A DNA stretch of 61,775 nt, filler included. It is 5 parts of 5 records of this genome, joined end to end, with 100 filler letters (N's around TTAATTAATTAA, not from the genome) between each part and the next. Parts side by side here need not be neighbours in the genome. Positions count along the whole stretch, not along the records: positions 1 to 16,088 come from SRR31156797_1923; 4 more parts are not named here. One strand, 5' to 3'. Both the position numbers and the translations under genes were made by a program. Shown here piece after piece: positions 1 through 9,859 of the stretch. Position 1 is the stretch's first letter; every line of letters begins with the position of its first letter. The notes beneath the pieces were generated by a model. The model saw only the letters and a program-made list of their open reading frames with translations, had not been told where the DNA came from and made no database searches.

Positions 1-936
1 CTGTCCTTCGCCAGAAAGGGGAAGAGCGCCTCGTCACCCGTCAATATCCATTCCCTTTTGAGCGGCCTCATCAAGGAAATATCGGGGAACCTGGACAAGA
101 GGATCCACATCAACAGCGCCAGGAAGGCGAGGCATCATACCATTTCTGGGGATAAGCCCCAGCTGAAGGCGGCCTTTCGAAACATCTGTACCAACGCGAT
201 ACAGGCCCTGTCTTACGGCGGCGAAATCTCCATCACAACGGAGAATGTGGATCTGGACGAAACCTACTGCCGGTACAGCCCCTTCAAACTGAAACCGGGA
301 CACTACCTGTCCATCGAGTTCAAGGATCAGGGAGAGGGAATCCCCCAGGAGAACCTCAAGAAGATATTCGAGCCCTTCTTTACCACCAGGACCGCCGGCA
401 GGGGCGTCGGGCTGGGGCTCGCCTCCGTATACGGAACGGTGGAACAGCACGGGGGCGCGGTCACCGTGTACAGCGAGCCGGGGGTCGGTTCCTCCTTCCA
501 TGTCTACCTGCCCCTGAGCAGCGACCAGGTCCTGCTCCATACGGGAGAGGAACCGGTCGTGAAAGGCGCCGGGACCATCCTCCTGGTGGATGACGAGGAG
601 TTTATCAGGATTACCGCTAAGGTGATGCTGGAGAACCTGAACTACAAGGTCCTGGTCGCGGAGAACGGCAGGGAAGGGTTGGATCTCTTCAGAGAGTCCC
701 CTGAGCCCATCGATCTGGTGATCCTGGACATGGCCATGCCCGTAATGGATGGCATGGAGACCTTCAGGGAGATGAAGACCCTTTCCCCCGATGCCCGCAT
801 ACTGCTGTCTTCCGGTTTCGCGAAAGAGGAAGACCTGGACAGCCTCCGGAAGATGGGGCTTATGGGCTATGTCAAGAAACCCTACCGGCGCGCGGAACTC
901 AGCAAGGCCGTCGCAGAGGTCATAGATCAGTCCTGA
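1..936 (+). CDS. Hybrid sensor histidine kinase/response regulator, C-terminal part (5'-truncated)
   Basis: Frame open from base 1 (LSFARKG). HATPase boxes NICTNAIQA, DQGEG, FEPFFTT, GVGLGL. Receiver motifs ILLVDDE, DLVILDMAMP, KP. Confidence 0.93.
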   Translation: MSFARKGKSASSPVNIHSLLSGLIKEISGNLDKRIHINSARKARHHTISGDKPQLKAAFRNICTNAIQALSYGGEISITTENVDLDETYCRYSPFKLKPGHYLSIEFKDQGEGIPQENLKKIFEPFFTTRTAGRGVGLGLASVYGTVEQHGGAVTVYSEPGVGSSFHVYLPLSSDQVLLHTGEEPVVKGAGTILLVDDEEFIRITAKVMLENLNYKVLVAENGREGLDLFRESPEPIDLVILDMAMPVMDGMETFREMKTLSPDARILLSSGFAKEEDLDSLRKMGLMGYVKKPYRRAELSKAVAEVIDQS

Positions 937-1012
937 CTCGTATTTTAAGTATACGTAATTTTCGATCTGCCTTATACTGTTTCTGAAATTCGAATAAATG
1001 AGGATCAGTTCC

Positions 1013-2050
1013 ATGAGTGCAGAATACTACTATCCCAAAGGCTATAAGCCTCTCTTGTCCCTCGAGGAGACCGAAAAGGCCATCGCCGACATCAAGGCCT
1101 TCTTCCAGACCTATTTTTCCGCCCAGCTCAGACTCCGCCGGGTAACGGCCCCCCTGTTCATTCAGGCGGGAACCGGTATCAACGACGATCTGAACGGCAT
1201 CGAAAAACCCGTATCCTTTCAGCCCAAAGGAATGGGCTTCACCGCGGAAATCCCCCACTCCCTGGCGAAGTGGAAGAGGATGATGCTCGGAGACTATAAG
1301 ATCGAGCAGGGCTACGGTCTCTACACGGATATGAACGCCGTCCGTCCCGATGAGGATCCCGATAACCTCCACTCTTTCTACGTTGATCAGTGGGACTGGG
1401 AGAAGACCATGGCTCCCGAGGAGCGGAACCTGGACTACCTGAAGTCGGTTGTCAAAAAGATCTACGCCACCATGAAGGCCACCGAGTTTATGGTGTACGA
1501 AAGCTATCCCGAGATCACACCCGTCCTGCCCGAAGAGATCAGCTTCGTTCACGCCGAAGAGCTGTGCAAGAAATACCCCGACCTGAGCCCCACGGAAAGA
1601 GAGTCCGAGGCCGCCAGAGAATACGGCGCGGTCTTCGTCATCGGTATCGGCGGCGAGCTTTCCGACGGAAAGGAACATGACGGCAGGGCCCCCGACTACG
1701 ATGACTGGAGCAGCCCCAACGGCGACGGCTTCAAGGGCCTGAACGGGGATATCCTCCTCTGGAATCCCGTACTGGAGAGGACCTTCGAGATCTCCTCAAT
1801 GGGTATCCGGGTGGACCGGGAAACCCTGGAGCGCCAGCTGAAGATCCGGGGATGCGAACAGCGGAAGGAGCTGCTCTTCCACAAGCGTCTTCTGGCCGGG
1901 GATTTCCCCCAGTCCGTGGGCGGCGGAATCGGCCAGTCCCGGCTCTGCATGTTCCTGCTGCGCAAGGCCCATATCGGCGAGGTCCAGGCCAGCCTCTGGC
2001 CCGAGAACGTACGCAGGGACTGCGAAGCCAACGGCATCGTTCTGATGTAG
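1013..2050 (+). CDS. asnA: Aspartate--ammonia ligase
   Basis: GINDDLNG, HSLAKWKR, HSFYVDQWDWE, HDGRAPDYDDW, SSMGIRV, GGGIGQSR motifs. ATG at 1013 preferred over 998. Confidence 0.97.
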   Translation: MSAEYYYPKGYKPLLSLEETEKAIADIKAFFQTYFSAQLRLRRVTAPLFIQAGTGINDDLNGIEKPVSFQPKGMGFTAEIPHSLAKWKRMMLGDYKIEQGYGLYTDMNAVRPDEDPDNLHSFYVDQWDWEKTMAPEERNLDYLKSVVKKIYATMKATEFMVYESYPEITPVLPEEISFVHAEELCKKYPDLSPTERESEAAREYGAVFVIGIGGELSDGKEHDGRAPDYDDWSSPNGDGFKGLNGDILLWNPVLERTFEISSMGIRVDRETLERQLKIRGCEQRKELLFHKRLLAGDFPQSVGGGIGQSRLCMFLLRKAHIGEVQASLWPENVRRDCEANGIVLM

Positions 2051-2059
2051 ATATGCCCT

Positions 2060-2081
2060 TCCCTGTCCGAGAGGACAGGGA
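2060..2081. terminator. Hairpin after asnA (TCCCTGTCC-GAGA-GGACAGGGA)
   Basis: Perfect 9-bp stem with GNRA loop 10 nt after the stop; no strong U-tract. Confidence 0.5.
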
Positions 2082-2148
2082 GTTCCGCGTCTGCCCTGTA
2101 CTGATTTCCTTTGCGAATATTCAGGAGAAGCCATCAGGAAAGTGATGA

Positions 2149-2290
2149 AGAAAAGGGCTTCGCTGTCCTGCGCAAACGTCTATATCCGAAGGCTGCAGGG
2201 ATGTTGTTGACCTGGATCTGTTTAAGTCCTTCGATCCGCTTGACCATGACAATCTTAGAAATCAGGCAGCTGAGGGTCGCTCGCTCATCA
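2149..2290 (+). pseudogene. Decayed group II intron reverse transcriptase/maturase fragment
   Basis: Frame 1, 2170-2256, reads AQTSISEGCRDVVDLDLFKSFDPLDHDNL, matching the RT consensus AQxYIxEGYxWVVDLDLEKFFDxVNHDxL. In-frame stops at 2143-2148 and no start codon. Confidence 0.65.
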
Positions 2291-2331
2291 GCAGTGGGGA
2301 ATGGAACACAACCGCGGTTGAATAGAAGCCG

Positions 2332-3105
2332 TTACCCTTTGACCACGCGTACGTCCACACCATGTTTCTCACTGAGAATATCTCTATCATTGTCACTCAA
2401 TTCGTCAGTTATAAAGAGATTTACTTTATCCCAGCCACAGATGGAGAAGAGGGAGGTTTTACCGCATTTCGTGCTGTCCGCAAGGAGACAGACATAGTTG
2501 GCAGCCTTAAGCATCATCTGTTTTGTCTGTCCCTCTACAATGTTTGAAGAAGACACACCCTTGACAATATCAAATACAGTGCTCCCCATAAAATACCAGT
2601 CAGCATTGATTGACCCGAGAACACCCGACGAGAGATCGCCGATGAGTGAATAGCTATGGCGGCGGAGCACCCCTCCAATGACAACTAACTCGATATGCTC
2701 ACATTCCTGCAACTCTTGTATTACAGGAAGGCTGTTTGTCACGACGGTCAGTTTTTTATTCTTGATATAGCTCGCAAGTATGGCTCCAGTTGACCCGGAG
2801 TCAATAATGACAGTATCTCCTTCCTCGATAAGATCAACCGCTTCCCGGGCTATCGCTTCTTTCTGGTTTCTGTTCTCATTGATGGTCGTACCGAATTCTC
2901 TGACGGAATTTTTATCTTCGGGAGAAACGGCTCCGCCATGGGTCCGAACGACAAGACCGTACTGTTCAAGATGGGCCAAATCGTTGCGGATTGTAACCAT
3001 GGACACTCCGTAAAGCTCCGCCAGCGCATTCACCTCTACATACGACTGATTTTTAAGTTGCTCTAAAATAGACTGGCGTCGGCTATATGCATTCATGGCT
3101 GGCAT
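2332..3105 (-). CDS. DeoR/GlpR (AgaR-like) transcriptional regulator
   Basis: HTH VSMVTIRNDL, RTHGGA, IIDSGST, VVTNSL, LADSTK. Confidence 0.95.
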   Translation of the reverse strand: MPAMNAYSRRQSILEQLKNQSYVEVNALAELYGVSMVTIRNDLAHLEQYGLVVRTHGGAVSPEDKNSVREFGTTINENRNQKEAIAREAVDLIEEGDTVIIDSGSTGAILASYIKNKKLTVVTNSLPVIQELQECEHIELVVIGGVLRRHSYSLIGDLSSGVLGSINADWYFMGSTVFDIVKGVSSSNIVEGQTKQMMLKAANYVCLLADSTKCGKTSLFSICGWDKVNLFITDELSDNDRDILSEKHGVDVRVVKG

Positions 3106-3165
3106 CTGGTTCTTTTCCTTACAAATGATTCGGCGGCGATCTGTAAATCGCCGCAGGACTCTGAA

Positions 3166-4893
3166 TTAACCCATCTTGAATCCGGAAGATAAATCGTGTC
3201 CCTGAGATCTGTTCATAGCATAAACGATGATGAATACAACAATCAACAGGATAACTGAAAGAGCGCTCGCTTCTCCCATATTTCCATCGGCAACCGCCCC
3301 GTAGATTTGTATCGGCACGGTACGCGTTTTAGAGCCATAAAGGAGTATCGTTGTGCTCAACTCTTGGAGAAGGGTGGAGAATGTAAGAATCGATCCGCTG
3401 AATATACCCGGGAGGATCAACGGGATACTAACCTTGCGAAAGGTGTAAATCCAGTTGGCGCCCGCTATCATTGAAGCTTCTTCCAGCGAGGGGTTGAGCT
3501 GTGTCAGGGATGCCGATACAGATCTATAGACATAGGGAGTCCTCCTGATCATATAACTGATGATTATGATCGTGTAGGTACCGCCGATGCTTATCAGATG
3601 GTTGCCGCTGAAAGCCGACAGAAGGGCTACGGAAACAACCGTACCGGGCAGGATGAAAGGGGCCATGATCGCCATATCCAGGATGGCTGCCCCTTTGGGT
3701 TTTCTCCGCTCGGTAATATAGGCGATCAGGCTGCCGAGAACGGCACAGAGAATCGTGGCCAAGGCCGAAAGGTAGAAGGAGTTGAAGAGCTCTTTGTGAG
3801 ATTTCTCGGGAATATGGAGGTAGTTCGAGAATGTGAATCCCTCAGGGAACAGTCCGTTCCATTCTTCGAAGAAGGACATGATGATGATACAGAACTGAGG
3901 CGCCAGAGAGATCATAAGGATCAGTAAACAGTAGATGACTGCGATGATCCGAAGCCCCTTGTGCGAGTGCTGTTCAAGGGCTGTGTGGGTTGCGGAGATG
4001 GTCTCATACTGTCTTTTGCTGACGATGTGCTTCTGGAACCAGAGGACAAATCCTGTGATGATCACGTTGACGACTGCAATCGAGGCAGCGCCGTTAAGAT
4101 CCCAGAACCCGTTAATCCTGAAGTATATAAGGGTGGGGAGGACATATTCTTCGCCGCCGATAATCGCCGGGATTCCAAAGTTTCCTATGGATCTGATGAA
4201 GACCAGCAGGGATGCTGCGCCGAGGGAGGGAATGATTAACGGGAAGGTAATCGTTCTGAGAATCCTCCAGCGATCGGCACCCATGAGCATTGCAGAGTCT
4301 TCAAGAAGGGCGTTGGCAGATGAAAAAGCGCCGTAGCTGAGCATAAAGACGAAGGGATAGTAAGTCATGGTCATGCAGAATATCATTCCGAACATGCCGT
4401 AGATACTCGGAATTTCTAAGCCTAAGGGCGCTAAGGGAATATTCAGAAAATGCCTTACAATCCCCTGGCGTCCCATCAGAATAACCCAAGAGAAGGCTCC
4501 GACAAACGAGGGCATGATAACCGGGAGTATTCCCAGGGAAAGCATCAGCTTTTTTCCGGGCACTTTTACTCTTGCGACAAAATATCCCATAGGGACGCCT
4601 ATCACGATGGAAAACATAGTGACCGATACGCCCACGACAAAGGAGTTCATCAAACTTTTGCGATAGAGGGCGCTGGTCAGAAACTTTGAAAAACCTGATA
4701 CGCTGAGGAAGTCGGCTCCAAACTTATTCCCCGGTTTCATGAAGGCCCGCAGCAGGGTGTTGGCCATCGGCCAGAACAGGAAGATACAAAGGAATGCCAA
4801 GGGCACGAAGAATACAAGGTGCGGAGTGTAGTCTTTATCTTGTAGAGCATTGATCTTCTTCTTGGAAAAAATCGTATCCGGAATATTGCTCAT
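3166..4893 (-). CDS. ABC transporter permease, FbpB/AfuB-type (two TM modules)
   Basis: Two EAA-like loops (LEDSAMLMGA, LEEASMIAGA) and about 12 hydrophobic segments. Confidence 0.92.
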   Translation of the reverse strand: MSNIPDTIFSKKKINALQDKDYTPHLVFFVPLAFLCIFLFWPMANTLLRAFMKPGNKFGADFLSVSGFSKFLTSALYRKSLMNSFVVGVSVTMFSIVIGVPMGYFVARVKVPGKKLMLSLGILPVIMPSFVGAFSWVILMGRQGIVRHFLNIPLAPLGLEIPSIYGMFGMIFCMTMTYYPFVFMLSYGAFSSANALLEDSAMLMGADRWRILRTITFPLIIPSLGAASLLVFIRSIGNFGIPAIIGGEEYVLPTLIYFRINGFWDLNGAASIAVVNVIITGFVLWFQKHIVSKRQYETISATHTALEQHSHKGLRIIAVIYCLLILMISLAPQFCIIIMSFFEEWNGLFPEGFTFSNYLHIPEKSHKELFNSFYLSALATILCAVLGSLIAYITERRKPKGAAILDMAIMAPFILPGTVVSVALLSAFSGNHLISIGGTYTIIIISYMIRRTPYVYRSVSASLTQLNPSLEEASMIAGANWIYTFRKVSIPLILPGIFSGSILTFSTLLQELSTTILLYGSKTRTVPIQIYGAVADGNMGEASALSVILLIVVFIIVYAMNRSQGHDLSSGFKMG

Positions 4894-4895
4894 TC

Positions 4896-6023
4896 TTAAT
4901 GCTCCTCGGGGGTGTAAAGTGAAATCAAACCATTTTTCAAAGAAACAAAGACATGATCGTTTTCCGCTATGCCGGGAACCATACCGGGCATATCGATCTC
5001 GAAACTCTGTTTAGAGATCGCGGAATCCACACTGACCTCATAGCGTACGAACTGACCGAGATGCTGAATGATGCTGACCTGTCCTTCTACAGAACCGTCT
5101 GTTTTCTCTTTTGCAATGATCAGCTGCTCCGGACGGGCGCCAAGGAGCACAGGAGATCCGGTACCAGTCGTTGTTCTCAGATGGTTGCGCTCTGCCTTAA
5201 CGGTCACCGCGGCGGAACTGTCGGCCAGTCTTACCTGAGCCTCTTTGCCGCAGCTGCTTCCCTCCGCAAGGGCTGCGGAAAAGAAGTTCATCTTTCCGAT
5301 GAAATTGGAAACGAAAGCGCTTCCAGGTTTGTTGTATAGTTCATCGCTCGTACCGATTTGCTCAACGACTCCTCTGCGGAGGACGGCAAGCCTGTCTCCA
5401 ACGGCCATGGCTTCTTCCTGATCGTGGGTTACGAATATGGTGGTGATATTCGTCGCCTTTTGTATCCTGCGGATCTCGGCACGCATGTAGCGTCTGAGTT
5501 TGGCATCAAGATTGGCCAGGGGTTCGTCAAGAAGGAGCAGATTGGGATCATAAACCAGGGCTCTGGCAATAGCGACGCGCTGCTGCTGGCCTCCGGAGAG
5601 CTCGGTAGGACTGGGATTTCGTTTCAGCTCTTCAGAGAGACCTACCAGTTCCATTACCTCGGTGACTTTCCGCTTGACATCCGCCTCCGGAGTCTTCCTT
5701 ACGCGCAGTCCGTAGGCCACATTTTCAAAAATGGTCATATGGGGATAGAGGGCGAAGCTCTGGAACACCATGCCGATATTCCTTTTGAAAGGGGGGATTG
5801 ATGTCATGTCTTTGTCACCGTAAAGGATACGGCCGCTGGAGATGGTTTCAAGTCCGGCAGTGCTGCGAAGCAGTGTCGTCTTTCCGCAGCCCGAAGGGCC
5901 CAATAGACAGAAGAGTTCGCCCGGCTCTATGGTAAAACCAACCTGACGCAATGCATGAACAGGATTCGCAGATCCCTCTCCGTAGGTCTTATTAACATTC
6001 TCATAGGTCAAATTTAAGCTCAT
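4896..6023 (-). CDS. ABC transporter ATP-binding protein (FbpC/PotA-like, TOBE domain)
   Basis: GPSGCGKT, LSGGQQQR, LLLLDEP, VTHD. Confidence 0.95.
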   Translation of the reverse strand: MSLNLTYENVNKTYGEGSANPVHALRQVGFTIEPGELFCLLGPSGCGKTTLLRSTAGLETISSGRILYGDKDMTSIPPFKRNIGMVFQSFALYPHMTIFENVAYGLRVRKTPEADVKRKVTEVMELVGLSEELKRNPSPTELSGGQQQRVAIARALVYDPNLLLLDEPLANLDAKLRRYMRAEIRRIQKATNITTIFVTHDQEEAMAVGDRLAVLRRGVVEQIGTSDELYNKPGSAFVSNFIGKMNFFSAALAEGSSCGKEAQVRLADSSAAVTVKAERNHLRTTTGTGSPVLLGARPEQLIIAKEKTDGSVEGQVSIIQHLGQFVRYEVSVDSAISKQSFEIDMPGMVPGIAENDHVFVSLKNGLISLYTPEEH

Positions 6024-6067
6024 TCATTTCTCCTTAGGGCAAAATGCATACGTTTTTAGATAAAATG

Positions 6068-6093
6068 CTTCCGGCCTGTGTGCGGCCGGAAGC
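6068..6093 (-). terminator. Intercistronic hairpin after the substrate-binding protein gene
   Basis: GCTTCCGGCC-TGTGTGC-GGCCGGAAGC, a perfect 10-bp stem. Confidence 0.7.
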
Positions 6094-6122
6094 AAATCGG
6101 AGCTGATCTTGATGATTCCTGA

Positions 6123-7121
6123 TCAGATCATCATATCGGAGAATCTGGTTGTCAGGTCTTCACGGATTTCCGCAGCTTCAACGGCATCGTAGGGGAAGAG
6201 CTTAATGTCTCCCAGGGAGGGAAGGTGCTTGGGGCCGGGGAGGTCGGGAATGACAACGCGGCGATTTCTAGTGTTCAGGATGATTTCGTAGGCATCTTTG
6301 CTTGTCATAAAGTCCATGAAGAGCTCGGCAGAGCGGGGATTGGGTCCGTTGGCTATGATCGCAGAGGCATCGAAACGGGCGCCTGTTCCTTCATCGGGGT
6401 AAACAAATGCGACGTCCGCTCCCTTATCGATATACTTGGCGATATTGTTTTCTCCCGTTGCGGTTATCGCATATTCACCGCGAGCGACCGATTCGGGACC
6501 GCTTGAGGAGGAGGCTACGAATACGGTGTTTTCGGCAAGCCGCTTGAGGAAGTCTTCTCCATAAAGCTTGTTCATCATATAGACCTGCGCATACGCTGAA
6601 CCGGACAGGGCGGGGTTGGCAAGAACGACTTCCCCCTTGTACCTGGGATCGGCAAGGTCTTTCCAGCTTGTGGGGTAGTCTTCAGGAGCGAGTAGTTCGG
6701 TGTTGATCATGAGAGCCTGAAGGGGCATTGAGAAACCGTAGTAACGGGGCGTTTCCGCCGTATCTCTTACGGATGCATCAATCTGATCGTGATTTACTGT
6801 CTTATAGGGGCGGAACAAGTCATATGCCGTATCGAAAGACTCTTTTGCGATGCCGATAAGCACGTCTCCTTCGGGGCCGGGCTGCTCTGCATTGAGTCTT
6901 GTCAGAAGTTCTCCCGATCCTGCGCGGATAACGCTGACAGAGATCCCGGGATGCAGCTCAGTAAACTTAGCCACAAGCGCCTGTGCTTCGTCTTCAGCCG
7001 CAGCACTCCATACCACCAGCTCTGTGGGTTCTCCCGACTTTTCCTCCTGTTCACCGCTGGCAAACACAGGCAGCACGACTAAACCCAATGTAATAAGGGC
7101 AACCAATACTAATCGTTTCAT
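6123..7121 (-). CDS. ABC substrate-binding protein, AfuA/FbpA-like
   Basis: Spirochaete-style signal (VFASGEQE), GSGELLTRL, PTSWKDL, ANPALSGSA, YPDEG. Confidence 0.9.
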   Translation of the reverse strand: MKRLVLVALITLGLVVLPVFASGEQEEKSGEPTELVVWSAAAEDEAQALVAKFTELHPGISVSVIRAGSGELLTRLNAEQPGPEGDVLIGIAKESFDTAYDLFRPYKTVNHDQIDASVRDTAETPRYYGFSMPLQALMINTELLAPEDYPTSWKDLADPRYKGEVVLANPALSGSAYAQVYMMNKLYGEDFLKRLAENTVFVASSSSGPESVARGEYAITATGENNIAKYIDKGADVAFVYPDEGTGARFDASAIIANGPNPRSAELFMDFMTSKDAYEIILNTRNRRVVIPDLPGPKHLPSLGDIKLFPYDAVEAAEIREDLTTRFSDMMI

Positions 7122-7152
7122 AATTCCTCCTAAATATTCCTTTAACGAAAAT

Positions 7153-7181
7153 ATTATAAATCAATATTTTCTAAAACGCAA
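7153..7181 (-). promoter_or_regulatory. Sigma70-type promoter for the ABC operon
   Basis: Minus strand TTGCGT-17 nt-TATAAT, about 30 nt upstream of the ATG at 7121. Confidence 0.65.
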
Positions 7182-7227
7182 TATAAATCTTTATAAAACA
7201 AAGATAACGAAAGCTTTAAGAAAGATA

Positions 7228-8052
7228 CTATAAGCATATTCGAAGATAACAGCGATCGTCGTAAGACATATTCCCTTCAGTAAAACCCTTCGTACTCTTG
7301 AATACGCGGTACAGGAGCGGGTCCTCGCTCAACACATTTTTCAGATAGTTTTCGCTTTCTTTGAGGGTCGGCATCGGTTTGGGGTAGCCGTCACTGGCCA
7401 GGACAAGGGAACGCGTACCGGCCGGGATCGGAATACAACTCACAAGGGTTTCCGGTATGGGAAAGCCATTGACAAGGGAATAGCCATGTATGGCACTCTC
7501 GTTGTTTACGACATAATGCTGACGCTTCAACAGGGGGAGAAGGAGCTCTCGCGTCTTGTCATTCTTTCTAAGGTTCTCGATCGTATTTCCCCGGGCCAGT
7601 TCCGTATCTACAAGGTATGCCCTCAATTCGGTCATGGCGTCTTCGATAGGGGTCGGGAAACGGATCAACTTATCATCTATCAGGGCCTGGCAATCTCCAA
7701 TCATCCATAGTTGCTGATGATGGACACTGAAAATGGCGGTGCAGGCCCCGGCTCGCAGTGCTGGATTCTGAACAACTTCTTCCAGCGCGCCGAGTTCCTC
7801 GTAGCTCTGATTCATCGCCGCAGTCAGGCGCAATAGAGTTTGCTGCATCGTTGCTTCATGGGGAATGCCTTTCAGCTCTGCGGCAACGCATTCTGCAGCG
7901 ATGCGTCCGGGAGTTCGTCCGCCCCAGAGGACCTCGTTCTTTGAGGTGCATCCATCGATGACAGCTGCAAAACTTTCGGTGATAACCAAAGCGTCTTCAC
8001 ACTGCGCAGGGTCTCCCAGCTTTCCTTCGATGAATTGTTCAATAATATTCAT
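7228..8052 (-). CDS. Hypothetical protein with PP2C/PPM-like phosphatase motifs
   Basis: CEDA, AVIDG, IGDC, LASDG and terminal DDR motifs in PPM order. Confidence 0.65.
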   Translation of the reverse strand: MNIIEQFIEGKLGDPAQCEDALVITESFAAVIDGCTSKNEVLWGGRTPGRIAAECVAAELKGIPHEATMQQTLLRLTAAMNQSYEELGALEEVVQNPALRAGACTAIFSVHHQQLWMIGDCQALIDDKLIRFPTPIEDAMTELRAYLVDTELARGNTIENLRKNDKTRELLLPLLKRQHYVVNNESAIHGYSLVNGFPIPETLVSCIPIPAGTRSLVLASDGYPKPMPTLKESENYLKNVLSEDPLLYRVFKSTKGFTEGNMSYDDRCYLRICL

Positions 8053-8063
8053 CTTCCTTCTCC

Positions 8064-9641
8064 TCAGTCGGGATAAACCGCCACACCCTCAGCCACATAA
8101 GCATCGGTGATGGATTTGATAATGCTATTGGCCATTTCGCAGAGTTCATTGTCATTTGAAACGACTTCCCATCTTGTCATTCCTTCTTCACTTCTGCTGA
8201 TGCGCTGGGCAACCTGATACCAGGGCTGTTCCATCTTCGTCTCAGCTGTGATTTGCACAGGGAGGCCGTAGCGGATAAGGGTGGCATCCAGATCACTGCC
8301 GTCATCCATAGTTTTTATACCCTTGAGTCCTTTCTCTATAAAGGCGTTCTCGACATCATGCATTACATTTTCCATACGGTCTTCCGCAAGGAAGTGACAG
8401 GGCCACTCACGGATCCTTGAGATCGAGAACTGTCTTTTCATTGCCTTCCTGTAGGCTTTTGGATTCTCATGCCAGAGCCGTGCCGTAAGGAGGGTAAAAA
8501 ACAGGGTATTTTCTGTTGAGACAAATCCCTTGCCGAAATCGTCAAGATCAACGGGGAAATTCATGTAATAGTGCGCTGTCTCTTCGCTGGCGACCAGATA
8601 TTGCTCTTTGAATCGATTCCGGAGAGATTCCTTGATAAAGGAGTGACCGTTTCGAATGATGTGAACTCCCATACCTCCGACGGCCTGATCGTGCATAGAC
8701 AAAGGGTTGGATTTTACATCGGAGTAGAGCTGAGGTTCCCAGGAATCCCCTTCAAAGTATCCCTGGTCGAAGGCGGGACGAAATATCTTTTCAATTTCCG
8801 GAGCCAGAATTGTCATATTGAAGGCAGGAGCCAGCTGATTCCCGCCGTTGTCCATGATATCCATTCGGTCACCGTCTCCGTCGAAGCAGAATCCAAAGTC
8901 ATATCTCTCCTTCGCCATCAGATCCCATGTGGGCTTAATACTGTCGCGGACTACGGGGTTAGGTTCCCCCTTGGGAAACATACCGTCGGGGATAAGGTTT
9001 TGCATCCGAACTGACGCACCGGCCAGCTCCAGGGCTTTGGCGACCTCAAAACCGATAGCGCCATTCAGAAAATCTAACAGAATTTTAGAATCCTTAAGGC
9101 TTCCCGGGGCCACTCCGGCAAGTCTCATTGAATAATCGATGAATTCGTTGGTATAGGATCTGATGCTTACATTCCCTCTGTTGAGGGATGCCGGGTGATC
9201 CCAGTCATCCGATACGTAGTATTCCTTGATTTTTGCTATGCCACCCTCTGGGCCGCATCCTGTTGCCAGGGTCCGCATTCCCGGAGCAATGAGCTTTAAG
9301 CCAATATAGTCCCTGGGATTGTGACTTGCTGTAAACATGATTCCGGCCGCATCCAGATGCTGCATACACGAATAATAGAATAAACAAGTAGACTCTTGGA
9401 GGGGGTTCACAACTACATTGATTCCGATCTCAGGGAAGAAATCGAGGGCTTCCTGTAAAAGAGTCGGAGCAGCCAGCCGTGCATCACGTCCCATCACCAC
9501 GGTATCTGTTTTCAATACCTCTATGTAGTACCGTCCGATAGCTCTTAAGAGTCGTGATGTCCGCTGCTTGTTCAGATTTATGCTTTTCGTTCGAATATCG
9601 TACACTTTGAACATGGAAAGATTGAGGTCTGCTTGGTCCAT
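8064..9641 (-). CDS. Alpha-D-phosphohexomutase (PMM/PGM) family protein
   Basis: FKVYDIR, GRDAR, TASHNP, FDGDGDR. ATG at 9641 preceded by an AGGAG RBS. Confidence 0.9.
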   Translation of the reverse strand: MDQADLNLSMFKVYDIRTKSINLNKQRTSRLLRAIGRYYIEVLKTDTVVMGRDARLAAPTLLQEALDFFPEIGINVVVNPLQESTCLFYYSCMQHLDAAGIMFTASHNPRDYIGLKLIAPGMRTLATGCGPEGGIAKIKEYYVSDDWDHPASLNRGNVSIRSYTNEFIDYSMRLAGVAPGSLKDSKILLDFLNGAIGFEVAKALELAGASVRMQNLIPDGMFPKGEPNPVVRDSIKPTWDLMAKERYDFGFCFDGDGDRMDIMDNGGNQLAPAFNMTILAPEIEKIFRPAFDQGYFEGDSWEPQLYSDVKSNPLSMHDQAVGGMGVHIIRNGHSFIKESLRNRFKEQYLVASEETAHYYMNFPVDLDDFGKGFVSTENTLFFTLLTARLWHENPKAYRKAMKRQFSISRIREWPCHFLAEDRMENVMHDVENAFIEKGLKGIKTMDDGSDLDATLIRYGLPVQITAETKMEQPWYQVAQRISRSEEGMTRWEVVSNDNELCEMANSIIKSITDAYVAEGVAVYPD

Positions 9642-9859
9642 TGAGGCTCCTAAAATATTTATATATTTTCGATTATACAATGAAACGAAAGAAAAAGAAA
9701 GGTTTTGTTGTTTTTAAATCGATGATTTGTATGGTTCTTTATTTTTGTTTGTGTTGCGTTGGGTAGGGTGTCCTTTTTAAATCGAAAGAAACATCCTTTG
9801 GAGATGGTGAAGCTTAGGGCTTTGCTTTAAGGCATCGTATTTTTTCCAATAGATCCAGA

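Noticed and set aside
2111-2497. 128-aa ORF as a real gene
   Set aside because: It overlaps the DeoR gene, and the region is better explained by a frameshifted RT remnant.
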